This document shows positions 20,580 through 30,753 of a DNA stretch of 64,000 nucleotides, piece after piece. Position 1 is the first letter of the stretch. Each line of letters opens with the position of its first letter. The stretch lies in contig JAKAVT010000002.1 in NCBI GenBank assembly GCA_021817165.1, forward strand, positions 43,563-107,562, given 5' to 3'. The position numbers and the translations under genes are program-made. The stretch is from Nanobdellota archaeon. Its GTDB lineage: Archaea; Nanobdellota; Nanobdellia; Parvarchaeales; Parvarchaeaceae. The notes below the pieces were generated by a model that saw only the letters and a list, made by a program, of their open reading frames with translations, did no database searches and was not told the origin of the DNA.

Positions 20580-22682
20580 TTATTTATATTGGCAGCTGTT
20601 CTGCAGTGAATAATATACATTTTGCTGGCTGCCGGCCGGCAGGGTCCCATTTCCCATGCACGGATAATAGGTATTGCCGTTGTATATCACCGCAGAGCTG
20701 TTAAAATACACGTTTTCGTCGGTGGTGCTGAAGTTTATGGTATTTGAAGAAGACGACTTTAATGTGCCTGCGTACTTTACTGACCATAAAGCACCCGAAG
20801 GCAGGCCGTGTTCTACGAAACTGCTTGTACAATTGTATACTGCGGAGAATGATATTGCCTGGCTGCTGCCGGTAGAAAGCGTGCCGCTGACTACACTTGG
20901 GGTGTAATTTATCAGGCAACCGGTATGAAGATATTCCAGTGTCGGGTAAAGAACTGTAAAGCTGTTGGAGCCTGCTGTAGAAAGAAATGTGATGGCGGAT
21001 GAATTTGAGCCCTTTAATTGACCATTGTAATCAACGCTCCAGTTCAACCCATAAGGTATCCCTGTTGCATGAAACGTAGCAAAACCTAATCCACACGATG
21101 AGCTTGTAGAATACTGTATTTTAAATCTTGAACCTGCGGCAACATAGCCGGATGAGGGACATGGATAGTATGTGCTGCCACCGTAACTTACAGAATTGGC
21201 GGAGAAAGAATATTGACCTGGAGGATTAGTAAATGTTATGTTCAAACTGTACGGTTCTGTTTCTTGTACTCCGTTTAATAAAACCGACCATGATGAGCCG
21301 GAAGGGAGACCTGTTTCCTCAAATGCAGTATAACACGTTTCAGACTCTCCATAGAACAGCGGCAGCGACGAGCCTGACGAAAGAGTGCCTGAAGACTGAA
21401 TAGAATACTTGTCGACGCAGCCACTTGAATTTACGGATGGCTGCGCTACCGTATACGTATAACTGCCAGTAGCAGTTGTAAACGATATGAAACTTGACGT
21501 TGATGACACGTTTGAACCGTCAAAATCGACCCACCATTTTGTTCCCGAAGGTAAATCAAAAGCATCAAATATGGTCGTGCATATGTTATTTGAATTGCAG
21601 CTGTCTTCCGTAAGGGCGCTGCTCCAGTTCCCTATCTGTTCCACGGAGACATTTGCAGGATTTGCTGGATCATAGGTAACATTGCCATAGGGAAGTATGT
21701 TCTCTGAGCTGTTCTCCGGGGTCCATGCCGTAACGTTCCAATAGCTGGAGGCCGGAAGCGCACCTTTAACGTCCAAAGCGCTTATCCCACCAGAACATAT
21801 GTTTACCCAGTCCACTGCCAACTGGTATTCCCCAGAAGGGACATTTATAGATATGGGACCGAAATGGCCGGCAGAGTTGCCTTCCCACGCAGTGCTGCCA
21901 AATACGCTAGTCCATGCACCTCCTGACAACGGTCTGTAAAAAACGGTCGTTCCGTCATTCGTCAGGATTTCAAAGCTTGTACTGCTGGAAAAATATGCGT
22001 CGGTAACTGCAGTATATCCCTGCGTGTTATAAGGCTTTCCGCAGTCTATCAGCCCATTATTCAGATCACTCAACGAATTTGGAAACGGCAATGCAACTTT
22101 TCCTATAAAAACCCCGTTTGCGTAGTATTCCTGCGTTTGAAAGTCAACCCCTATGTATGGGGTGGCAAAGGCGTACGCTACCGAAAACAAGTTTCTCACC
22201 TCCGTTGGGGCAGAACTGAGGCTTTGCGTAAAAATACCGTAAAGAGTGCCCTGGGCTACGCCAGGCTGTTGTAATGCATTGTCCGGCAGGTAATAATTTA
22301 TCACCATTTTTACGCTGTACGTTGAGCCGCCGGTATAAGGACATGCGTTTAACAGCGGGATAAGAAGCTGCCCTCCATCGCTGACGGTTAAATCTACGTT
22401 CCTATAAAGCGTAGAGCCGTTTTGCAGTGTCATGTTTATGCTTGTTATGGTTATCAAATTGCCTTCGGAATTGCCTATTACTACGAACAGACCTATGTTT
22501 TCAAGGCATGTTTGACTCAGGATTGGCATGCCTGCGAACCCGGAATAGCCGACAGTGATGTTTGCCGACGGGTTGAATATTCCTAGATAGTACAAGGTGA
22601 TTACCACAATTACGATTATAAAGATGGCCCAGCCATAGGTCATCATGTACTCCAGAGCAGACTGCGATTTAGATGAACCCAT
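20580..22682 (-). CDS. large secreted/surface protein with class III (type IV pilin-like) signal peptide and thermopsin-type beta-sandwich repeats
   Basis: N-terminus MGSSKS|QSALEYMMTYGWAIFIIVIVV matches the archaeal prepilin motif. S/T/G/N-rich with many N-x-S/T sequons. Three C-terminal repeats of F-x-E/H-x-G-L/I-P-x-G-x-x-W-S-V...YYPC. Confidence 0.75.
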   Translation of the reverse strand: MGSSKSQSALEYMMTYGWAIFIIVIVVITLYYLGIFNPSANITVGYSGFAGMPILSQTCLENIGLFVVIGNSEGNLITITSINMTLQNGSTLYRNVDLTVSDGGQLLIPLLNACPYTGGSTYSVKMVINYYLPDNALQQPGVAQGTLYGIFTQSLSSAPTEVRNLFSVAYAFATPYIGVDFQTQEYYANGVFIGKVALPFPNSLSDLNNGLIDCGKPYNTQGYTAVTDAYFSSSTSFEILTNDGTTVFYRPLSGGAWTSVFGSTAWEGNSAGHFGPISINVPSGEYQLAVDWVNICSGGISALDVKGALPASSYWNVTAWTPENSSENILPYGNVTYDPANPANVSVEQIGNWSSALTEDSCNSNNICTTIFDAFDLPSGTKWWVDFDGSNVSSTSSFISFTTATGSYTYTVAQPSVNSSGCVDKYSIQSSGTLSSGSSLPLFYGESETCYTAFEETGLPSGSSWSVLLNGVQETEPYSLNITFTNPPGQYSFSANSVSYGGSTYYPCPSSGYVAAGSRFKIQYSTSSSCGLGFATFHATGIPYGLNWSVDYNGQLKGSNSSAITFLSTAGSNSFTVLYPTLEYLHTGCLINYTPSVVSGTLSTGSSQAISFSAVYNCTSSFVEHGLPSGALWSVKYAGTLKSSSSNTINFSTTDENVYFNSSAVIYNGNTYYPCMGNGTLPAGSQQNVYYSLQNSCQYK

Positions 22683-22788
22683 AACCTAGTTACAATAATA
22701 CATATATAAATTAAATTACTTTACTGCCGGCTCAACCGTAGAAAATGGCGGCACTTATACTAAGCCTGTTTAAACAGACGCAGTGCCT

Positions 22789-23067
22789 TTAAATTATGTC
22801 TTCTTCTGCAACTACTACGAAATCCCCTATGGATATGACTGCACTGTACGGTATTTCCTCAAAGCCTTTTTCATCTTTTTCGAATTGAAACGTATTCGCA
22901 TAAGAGGTAGGGCTTTTTACCGACAAGTAAACCAATTCACCCGTTCTAACCTCATATATAAGGTCCTGCACGATTCCTATCTTCTTTCCGCTTTTTCCCA
23001 CTATCGTTTTACCAACTATAGTTTTTGCATCTATTTTTTCTCCCTTTGTTACGCCTGCCATAATCAA
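22789..23067 (-). CDS. PRC-barrel domain protein
   Basis: 92 aa. GKTIVGKSGKKIGIVQDLIYEVRTGELVYLSV matches PRC-barrel topology. Confidence 0.65.
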   Translation of the reverse strand: MIMAGVTKGEKIDAKTIVGKTIVGKSGKKIGIVQDLIYEVRTGELVYLSVKSPTSYANTFQFEKDEKGFEEIPYSAVISIGDFVVVAEEDII

Positions 23068-23118
23068 CCTCCTTGATGATTTTACTAATAATTTTATATT
23101 AATATAATTAACTGGTTC

Positions 23119-23631
23119 TTAACTTAAAAAGCTTTTACCATCGTTTAGGAATATAAAGTACCTGTCATTTTCAATATAGCCACTTTCGAAGGGATTTAAA
23201 CCGCTAAGATCTATCTTTGATACTTTCAATACTGATATTACAAGCTGGCCGTTCTTGGCGGTGAGACCGAACAGCTTTTTTATTACGCCGCTTCTTTCCG
23301 TTTCTGCTATGTCCTGCAGGACGGTAACGCAGAAAACGACGTCGAACTTTCCGTCGTAATCAAAATCCTGTATCCTTTTCTTTTCCACTGAAACGTTCCT
23401 TAACCTCTTCTTTAGTATAATGTCCGCCATGTCAGACGGCTCAACAGCAATTATCTTGTTTTCCGGCAGAAGCGATTCAAGTATGCCTGAACCTGCTCCG
23501 ACATCAAGTATCCTGCTGCCTTCCTTTATTTCTATCCTCGACAGAAGAAAGCGGATCTTATTTTCCTGCTCCCTTTCGTAGAGCCGTTCATAGCTTTTAC
23601 TTATGGCACTGTAATACGGTATAGAATCCAT
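23119..23631 (-). CDS. class I SAM-dependent methyltransferase
   Basis: ILDVGAGSGIL motif I. Start placed at MDSIPYY (ATG at 23629-23631), which gives a 1-nt overlap with the proS stop. The tracked longer ORF reaching 23697 would overlap proS by 65 nt. Confidence 0.7.
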   Translation of the reverse strand: MDSIPYYSAISKSYERLYEREQENKIRFLLSRIEIKEGSRILDVGAGSGILESLLPENKIIAVEPSDMADIILKKRLRNVSVEKKRIQDFDYDGKFDVVFCVTVLQDIAETERSGVIKKLFGLTAKNGQLVISVLKVSKIDLSGLNPFESGYIENDRYFIFLNDGKSFLS

Positions 23632-23632
23632 T

Positions 23633-25066
23633 TTAATACGACTTTGCAAAATATGCGTTAACTTTTGCATCCTTGCCGCAGAATATGCACTTGTCATTTA
23701 TCAACTTTTCAACTTCCAACGGTATCAGCCTCGACGTGGCCCCTGTTTCGTTTTTTATCTTTTCTTCGCATTCCGGAGAACCGCACCAAGAAGCTTTTGC
23801 TATGTATAAGCTTTCTTTAAGCGCTTTTACGAACCTTTCCTTTGAATCTTCTTCCTTTATCCTTTTTTTACTGTCTTCTTTGGCATTTTGAAGCATTTCT
23901 GCGTGTATGCTCTCAAGTTTTTCCTTTGTTTTTTCTATCTCATCGAATGACAGCAGTGACTGTTCGTTATTTAGCCTCGTCTTCAGGGACAGGTTTTTTG
24001 AATCTAACTCCCTTTTACCAACCTGTATTTTCAATGGCACTCCCTTTAAGTCGTACTCATTAAGCTTCCAGCCTGGGGAGTATTCTTCCCTGCCATCAAG
24101 AATCACTCGTATTCCCATTTCTTTTAGCTTCGATTCTATCTTCTTGCAGTACTCCATGATCTTATCCTTTTCGTCCTTTAGTATTGGTATTATAACACAC
24201 TGGTATGGAGCTATGTGCGGAGAAAGGACGAGTCCTTTGTTGTCTCCATGTACAAGCAGCATTATGCCTATGGAACGCATTGAAATGCCCCAGGAAGTTT
24301 GAAAAGGATACTGCAATTCGTTCTTTTCGTCCAAAAACTTTATGTCAAAAGGCTTGGAAAAGTTCTGTCCAAGATAGTGAGAAGTAGCTGCCTGCGACAT
24401 AAAATTATTGGGCAGTACTGCTTCTACGGTATACGTAGTAACTGCGCCGGCAAACTTTTCACCCTCGCTTTTTCTGCCAGTTAATACCGGAACTGCAAGC
24501 ATTTCTTCAAGGAACTGTTTGTAAAAATTCAATATATCTCTGGCATTTTTATCTGCTTCTTCTGCGGTCTTAAAAACGCAATGACCCTCTTGCCATAGAT
24601 TTTCTCTTCCTCTTAAGAATAGCCTAGTTTCCTTTGTTTCCCACCTAACCATAGTATTCCACTGATTTATCAGCAACGGAAGGTCTCTATAGCTTTTTAT
24701 CCACTTAGAATAGCTGTCATACATTATAGTTTCAGAGGTAGGCCGTATCGCAAGCCTCTCTTCCAGTTTAGTGTCTCCGCCCATGGTAACCCATGCTACT
24801 TCTGGATTAAAGCCGGCTATGTGCTCCTTTTCTTTTGATAGTATGCTTTCCGGTATTAAAAGCGGAAAATATGCGTTTTTTACTCCTACGGACTTAAATT
24901 TGCTGTCTAGATAGTCAACGGTCCTCTCCCACATTTCATAGCCGTATGGACGGTAGACCGCGAAGCCCTTCACCGCCGAGAAATCCGCCATCTCAGATTT
25001 AATGACGACCTGATTATACCACGATATCAAATCTTGTTCTTTCTTTATTTCTATTCCTTCTGCCAT
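23633..25066 (-). CDS. proS: prolyl-tRNA synthetase (archaeal/eukaryal type)
   Basis: 477 aa. Class II aaRS motifs. C-terminal zinc-binding CGSPEC...CIFCG. ProRS-like N-terminus. Confidence 0.9.
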   Translation of the reverse strand: MAEGIEIKKEQDLISWYNQVVIKSEMADFSAVKGFAVYRPYGYEMWERTVDYLDSKFKSVGVKNAYFPLLIPESILSKEKEHIAGFNPEVAWVTMGGDTKLEERLAIRPTSETIMYDSYSKWIKSYRDLPLLINQWNTMVRWETKETRLFLRGRENLWQEGHCVFKTAEEADKNARDILNFYKQFLEEMLAVPVLTGRKSEGEKFAGAVTTYTVEAVLPNNFMSQAATSHYLGQNFSKPFDIKFLDEKNELQYPFQTSWGISMRSIGIMLLVHGDNKGLVLSPHIAPYQCVIIPILKDEKDKIMEYCKKIESKLKEMGIRVILDGREEYSPGWKLNEYDLKGVPLKIQVGKRELDSKNLSLKTRLNNEQSLLSFDEIEKTKEKLESIHAEMLQNAKEDSKKRIKEEDSKERFVKALKESLYIAKASWCGSPECEEKIKNETGATSRLIPLEVEKLINDKCIFCGKDAKVNAYFAKSY

Positions 25067-25174
25067 TAGTTTTTAATGGCATTTTAATTAATAAAGCTTA
25101 CCCGCTGTTGTTTATACAAAATACCCTATGCTGTCGATAAAGTATAAAAACAAGCAGTTATTTCCTTTATCTAT

Positions 25175-27895
25175 ATGCCAAGATATCAGCCTGAAGAGAT
25201 AGAAAAAAAATGGAGAAACGCATACGAAGAGAAGAAGCTTTATGAGGCGGATGCCGATGAGAAAAGGGAAAAGTTCTTTGTAACTGTTCCGGTCATGTAT
25301 CCAGATGGAAGATTACATACTGGGCACATGTACACCTGGACTAGGGCGGACATATTCGCAAGGTTCCAGAGAATGAAGGGAAAAAACGTTTTGTTTCCGC
25401 AGGGCTTTCACATGACTGGCGGGCCGATGGCGGGAATGTCTCTGCGTTTAAAAAGCGGGGACGAAAAGGCAATAAAGATAATGAAGGACCAGGGAGCAAC
25501 CGAAGACGATATAAAAAGGTTCGCTGGCAATCCATTGGAATTAGGGTTGTTCTTTGGAAAAACCTATAAAAGCGATTTTGATTTGGTCGGAACGTCTATA
25601 GACTGGAGAAGAAATTTCATACTGTCGTATACTGAGCAGTATTCAAAATTCGTAGAGTGGCAGTTCAGAACACTCAGGGAAATGGGATATATAACGCAGG
25701 GCAGCCATCCGGTAGTGTGGTGCCCGAGAGAGAACACCTCTTTGGGGGATCATGACCGGGCAGAAGGGGAAGGGGAGAGCCCTCTTGAATTTACCATAAT
25801 CAAATTTAAAATCGACGGCCTTATACTGCCAGCTGCGACATTGAGGCCTGAGACTATATACGGCGTAAGCAACCTATGGATAAATGAACAGGGAGAATAC
25901 AAAAAAGTGAGGTTTTCAAATGGAGAAGAGTGGATAGTTTCAAAGGAGTTCACTGAAAAATTACCGTTTCAAAAAAACGTGGCGGAGAAAATAGAGGACT
26001 TCGGAATATCCGAACTAGTGGGCAAAACCGCCATAAACCCTGTAAATAAAGAGGAAGTGCCGATACTAAATGCAGAGTTTGTAAAAACCGACAGAAACAC
26101 CGGCATAGTGATGAGCGTGCCTATGCACGCTCCATTTGATTATGATTACTACAATAAGAAAAAAGCGGATGTTAAGTTGAAGGAACCGCTTAAGGTAATA
26201 GACGTAAAAACGAATCCAAACTTGATGGAAGAAGCGATTAAGCGCTTTGGAGCGGGTGAAAAAGAGCTTGAAAACGCCACAAAATACGTTTATAAAACTG
26301 AGTTCAACTATGGGATAATGAATGAAAACAATGGGCCTTTAAGCGGCAGACCGGTCAAAGAAGCAAAAGAGTACGCCATTGAACTGATAAAAGAAAAAGG
26401 TGCGTATGACAATTTCTATGAAACGTCCGGAGAGGTTATATGCAGATGCGGCGCAAGGGGGCTGATAAAACTGGTGGAGAACCAGTGGTTTATACGCTAT
26501 TCCGACAAGAAACTGAAGGAAAAGACGATAGACTGGCTGCAAAATATGGACGTAAGGCCGGAGGAAGCAAAGGCCCAGATAATAAACGCTGTATACAACA
26601 TGGAAGACAAAGCTGCAACTAGAAATGGTGGCTTAGGCACTCCATTGCCTTGGGACAAAACTTGGCTTATAGAACCTTTAAGTGACTCCACTATATATAT
26701 GGCCTATTACACGTTTGCGCACCTCATAAAGGAGATGAAACCTGAAGAGATAAGCGACTCGATGTTTGATTACATACTTTTGGACAAAAAACCGGACAAA
26801 AAATTCCCAGAAATTGTGGAAAAAATGAAAAGGGAATTTGAGTACTGGTACCCTCTTGACTTGAGAGTAACTGCAAAGGAGCTGATAACAAACCACATAG
26901 CTTTCTTCATAATGACACACGTAGCGATGTTCAACAAAGACAAATGGCCAAGGGGTCTGGGAATAAACGGCTGGCTTACGGTAAACGGAAAGAAGATGAG
27001 CAAATCAAAGGGGAATACTATGACTATAGATTACGTGGTTAACAATTACGGAGCGGATTCTGCCAGGTTGATATCGTCTGCATCCAATGGCATGGATGAT
27101 GCTGCTTGGGATCTAAACAACATAAATGGCTTCAAGCAGAAAATAGAGTTCATGCTGGAGCTTACAGAGGTTATAGAAAGCTTTTCCGAGGATAAAAGAC
27201 TGGTTGATGAATTTCTTCTGTCCAGAATAAATTACCTTATAGAAAACAGCGAGAAGGCCTACAACTCCATGAAATATAAGAATTCCCTCAACTATTCCTT
27301 CTTCGAATTCATAGAAAACGTCAAGGATTACATTGATTATGGAGGAAACAACAAGGATACACTAAAGTATGCAATAACCGTATTCTCAAAACTTAACCAC
27401 CCCTTGTTTCCGTTTGTGACGGAAGAGATAAACAATGCCTTAAACAAAGGAGATCTTCTGGAAAGATATAGGAGCTGGCCTGAAATAAATGAAGAATACA
27501 AAAATGAATTGGTTGAAAATGAATTTGAAGTATTGAAGCAGACTATAAACGATATAAACAACCTCATAAACATAATAGACAAAGACCCAAAGGAGATAAT
27601 AATAGGGATAGCCGGAAAAGAGAAGTTCGGCATATACAACAAAATAGAAGAGATAACACATAGGAGCAGGGACATAAAAGAGATAAGAAAGGCGGTTCAA
27701 ATAAACGACTTTGTAAACAAACTTCTTAAAAACCCGAAGAGGCTGCCGAACAAAAAACTTGACTATGAACTTGAAATGAAGGTATTCACTGAATCAAAAA
27801 GCAAATTAAAAGAGATGTACAATGCGGAGATAAAAATAGAGGAAAGCAATGAAGACAGGGCATTTCCAGGAAAACCGATGCTTGTAATAAAATGA
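25175..27895 (+). CDS. leuS: leucyl-tRNA synthetase (archaeal type)
   Basis: 906 aa. HTGHMYT (HIGH-like) and KMSKS motifs. Confidence 0.95.
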   Translation: MPRYQPEEIEKKWRNAYEEKKLYEADADEKREKFFVTVPVMYPDGRLHTGHMYTWTRADIFARFQRMKGKNVLFPQGFHMTGGPMAGMSLRLKSGDEKAIKIMKDQGATEDDIKRFAGNPLELGLFFGKTYKSDFDLVGTSIDWRRNFILSYTEQYSKFVEWQFRTLREMGYITQGSHPVVWCPRENTSLGDHDRAEGEGESPLEFTIIKFKIDGLILPAATLRPETIYGVSNLWINEQGEYKKVRFSNGEEWIVSKEFTEKLPFQKNVAEKIEDFGISELVGKTAINPVNKEEVPILNAEFVKTDRNTGIVMSVPMHAPFDYDYYNKKKADVKLKEPLKVIDVKTNPNLMEEAIKRFGAGEKELENATKYVYKTEFNYGIMNENNGPLSGRPVKEAKEYAIELIKEKGAYDNFYETSGEVICRCGARGLIKLVENQWFIRYSDKKLKEKTIDWLQNMDVRPEEAKAQIINAVYNMEDKAATRNGGLGTPLPWDKTWLIEPLSDSTIYMAYYTFAHLIKEMKPEEISDSMFDYILLDKKPDKKFPEIVEKMKREFEYWYPLDLRVTAKELITNHIAFFIMTHVAMFNKDKWPRGLGINGWLTVNGKKMSKSKGNTMTIDYVVNNYGADSARLISSASNGMDDAAWDLNNINGFKQKIEFMLELTEVIESFSEDKRLVDEFLLSRINYLIENSEKAYNSMKYKNSLNYSFFEFIENVKDYIDYGGNNKDTLKYAITVFSKLNHPLFPFVTEEINNALNKGDLLERYRSWPEINEEYKNELVENEFEVLKQTINDINNLINIIDKDPKEIIIGIAGKEKFGIYNKIEEITHRSRDIKEIRKAVQINDFVNKLLKNPKRLPNKKLDYELEMKVFTESKSKLKEMYNAEIKIEESNEDRAFPGKPMLVIK

Positions 27896-28024
27896 AAGGA
27901 ACTTATCTAACGGTTATAAGCATTTTTACGTTGTTGGCAAGCATTATACTCATTTTTGTCTTTCACATATTCATTTTCATACTGTTTTTATTCTTTCCCT
28001 TCTTTAATCTATTCAGGAGAAAAA

Positions 28025-28819
28025 ATGGAAAAAGGAAGACTGGACAAGGGCTTTGATATTATAGGGGACATAGCCATAGTAAAATTTGATGGGAAGCTTT
28101 CAAAAAAGCAGAAGCTGCTGGCAGTAAAAAACATCCTAAGTAAAAACAAAAACGTAAAAAGGATAATTGAAAAGACAGGAATGACGCATGGAGAAGAAAG
28201 GATACCAAAATTAAAGCAGTTGATAGGAAAAGGCAGCACCGCACTGCACAAGGAAAACGGCTGCCGTTTTTACGTCGACGTAAAAAAAGTATATTTTTCT
28301 CCAAGAATGTCAAATGAAAGGTTAAGGGTCATAAAACAAGTCAAAAAGGAGGAAACTGTGCTGGACATGTTCTGCGGCGTCGGCCCATTTGCAATACCTA
28401 TTGCGAAAAAAGCAGATAAAGTGACTGCGATAGACATAAACAGGAATGCCATAAAATTACTCGAGAAAAACATTGAACTGAACAAAGTCTCAAACATAGA
28501 TTATTACTGCGGAGATTCAGGCAAAATAGCCAAAAAATTGCGCGGGAAATTTGACAGGATAATAATGAACTTCCCGCTTTACGCATATAAATTCCTTGGA
28601 ACTGCTGTAAAAAAATGCAACGACAATGCAGTGATACACCTATATTCGTTCATAAAGGACGGAAACGCAGAAGTTATAAGAAACGAAATAATAAAAGCGT
28701 GCGGCAAGCATTTCAAGGATGTAAAAATAAGCGAATACAGGGCCGGAGAAGTGGCTCCTTTCCTCGAAAGGCGCTGCTTCGACATTTCATTAACAGATAA
28801 GATTACCAGAAGGCGCTAA
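28025..28819 (+). CDS. tRNA (m1G37) methyltransferase Trm5/Taw-like (Met-10+ family)
   Basis: Start at MEKGRLDKGFDIIGDIAIVKF, preceded by an AGGAG SD at 28015-28019. DMFCGVGPFAIP SAM motif and the NFP motif. The tracked ORF start at 27956 adds an implausible hydrophobic extension. Confidence 0.75.
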   Translation: MEKGRLDKGFDIIGDIAIVKFDGKLSKKQKLLAVKNILSKNKNVKRIIEKTGMTHGEERIPKLKQLIGKGSTALHKENGCRFYVDVKKVYFSPRMSNERLRVIKQVKKEETVLDMFCGVGPFAIPIAKKADKVTAIDINRNAIKLLEKNIELNKVSNIDYYCGDSGKIAKKLRGKFDRIIMNFPLYAYKFLGTAVKKCNDNAVIHLYSFIKDGNAEVIRNEIIKACGKHFKDVKISEYRAGEVAPFLERRCFDISLTDKITRRR

Positions 28820-28832
28820 TTTGTTGCTTGCA

Positions 28833-29807
28833 TCATCTGTAATAAGAATCCCATTTTGGAGCGTAGAAATCTACTCTTGGAAAACTCACCTTAAACCCGT
28901 AACAGCTGTATACCATTATGTTCTTTACGTACTTTAGAAGGGCCCAGTTTTGCTTTTTTATTTTGTTGAGGACGATGTCCGCTGTGGAAAGAGACTCAAA
29001 AAAATGGTAAAGCTCCTCCTTTTTAAGGACCTGCGGAGCCTTTTCTGCAAGCCATATCTCGAAGTTCTTTGCTTCCATGTCGGATGCAAAATATATCTCA
29101 GTGTTTTCTACTTTGCCGGCAAATACAGAGGTTATCTTATCAAAAATGGAGTCATCTGAATTCCTGAAAGTGTCCATATGGGCTGCATTGGTTATGGACA
29201 CGGTGTCCAAATCCGTTATTATACTTGAGAGGTTCCCCTTGGCTCCCATTACTATACTGTCAATAAGGCTCTCATTTATCCTCATTTTGTTGTACAAAAC
29301 AAGCTTAACTGCAAATGCCTTTAATACCCGGTTGTTCAGCTTATAAAATCTTATCATTTCATAACCTGAAAGATATTTTTTGTATTTGCCGCGGAATATC
29401 TCGCCAGTCTCCGACTCGAATATTATTATAGAATTGCCTCCGATTGAATTAATCTTCTGCGCTATGGAAGGGTCTACTGACAATAATTTTTCCATGTCCT
29501 CAATGTATATAACCTTCCTATCAGGCTGAAATAGCGATTTTGAGACGGCCGATCTTTTTATGCTTTCCAGTATTAAAGAAGAGACGCTCTGGGTATCATC
29601 AGATAATTCATATAAATTTATGACCTCGAAAGCGGCCTTTAGCTCGTTTGCAATCGCCTCTGCAAGGAAGTTCTTGCCTGTTCCTGCAGGGCCGTTGAAT
29701 ATAAACTTGGATTTTCCGCTTTTGACCGCTGATAATGCCTTTGCAGAAATGCTGTTGGAATAATTCTCTACAAACATCTTTATTTCCGGTTTGAATAAAG
29801 ATATCAT
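28833..29807 (-). CDS. rfcL: replication factor C large subunit (short form)
   Basis: GPAGTGKNFLAEAIANEL P-loop. ATGA overlap with the rfcS stop. 324 aa is shorter than typical RfcL. Confidence 0.6.
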   Translation of the reverse strand: MISLFKPEIKMFVENYSNSISAKALSAVKSGKSKFIFNGPAGTGKNFLAEAIANELKAAFEVINLYELSDDTQSVSSLILESIKRSAVSKSLFQPDRKVIYIEDMEKLLSVDPSIAQKINSIGGNSIIIFESETGEIFRGKYKKYLSGYEMIRFYKLNNRVLKAFAVKLVLYNKMRINESLIDSIVMGAKGNLSSIITDLDTVSITNAAHMDTFRNSDDSIFDKITSVFAGKVENTEIYFASDMEAKNFEIWLAEKAPQVLKKEELYHFFESLSTADIVLNKIKKQNWALLKYVKNIMVYSCYGFKVSFPRVDFYAPKWDSYYR

Positions 29808-30751
29808 ACCTGTTTAAGGCTGGCCAAAAAAGCAAGAAAGGCCTGGAACTGTATAAATGGCGTTGCTCCTTCTACTATCCTGTAATCCGTCTCTGCAAGT
29901 TTCTCGAAAACGTAATTCTTTACCTTGTCATTTACTATGTCGGTGGTTGAGATTATATTAAAAATAGATATCAAAAGCTCCTTCATGTTTATTCCATTGT
30001 CTATTATTTCCGAGAATATCTCCCTTGATTTCTTGAAATCTCCTGACAATGCCGTCTTCAATCCATCCATCGTCTTCGAAACGTCCATCAATCCGCTGCT
30101 TTGCAAAACGGCTTTGGCATCTATCTTTTTGGAAACGTTTGAAAGCGACTGCATGAGATTTACGAGAGTTCTTAAATCTCCCCTGGAAACGTAGTCCAAT
30201 GCATCCATTGCTTCTTTGTCCACGTCCAATTTCTCGCTATCCGCAATCCTTTCTATAAACTTATGCACGTCCTCTTTCGAAAGCGGCTGGAACCTTAAAA
30301 TTGCACATCTTGATTGTAAAGGTTCTATTATGTTACTTTGATAATTAACGCTGAATACAAACCGGCACGTTGCACTGTACTCTTCCATCATCCTACGCAA
30401 TGCCTGCTGTGCTTCCTGCGTCAATGAATCGGCTTCATCGAAAAGGATTATCTTAAAAGGAGCGTCTATAGGCTTTGTCCGTGCAAACTCTTTCACCTTG
30501 CCCTGTATAACGCTTAATTTTCTGTCATCAGACGCATTTAACTCGATGAAATTCTGATTCCATACCGGACCGAATACTGCTTTTGCTAACACTACGGCCG
30601 AAGTCGTTTTGCCGACGCCCGGTGGTCCAGAGAGAATCATGTGCTGTATGTCTTTTTTCCCGGCCATGGCCTTTAATTTCTCTACTATCTCCTTCTGCCC
30701 TATTATCTCATCGAAGGATTGCGGCCTATATTTTTCTATCCAGAGCGCCAT
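29804..30751 (-). CDS. rfcS: replication factor C small subunit
   Basis: WIEKYRP motif. SGPPGVGKTT P-loop. DEAD-type Walker B. SRC-like motif (QSRCAILRF). 315 aa. Confidence 0.95.
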   Translation of the reverse strand: MALWIEKYRPQSFDEIIGQKEIVEKLKAMAGKKDIQHMILSGPPGVGKTTSAVVLAKAVFGPVWNQNFIELNASDDRKLSVIQGKVKEFARTKPIDAPFKIILFDEADSLTQEAQQALRRMMEEYSATCRFVFSVNYQSNIIEPLQSRCAILRFQPLSKEDVHKFIERIADSEKLDVDKEAMDALDYVSRGDLRTLVNLMQSLSNVSKKIDAKAVLQSSGLMDVSKTMDGLKTALSGDFKKSREIFSEIIDNGINMKELLISIFNIISTTDIVNDKVKNYVFEKLAETDYRIVEGATPFIQFQAFLAFLASLKQV

Positions 30752-30753
30752 AA

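Noticed and set aside
20486-20704. 72-aa plus-strand ORF
   Set aside because: Overlaps the well-folded tRNA-Thr and the 3' end of the pilin-like gene. It is an artefact.
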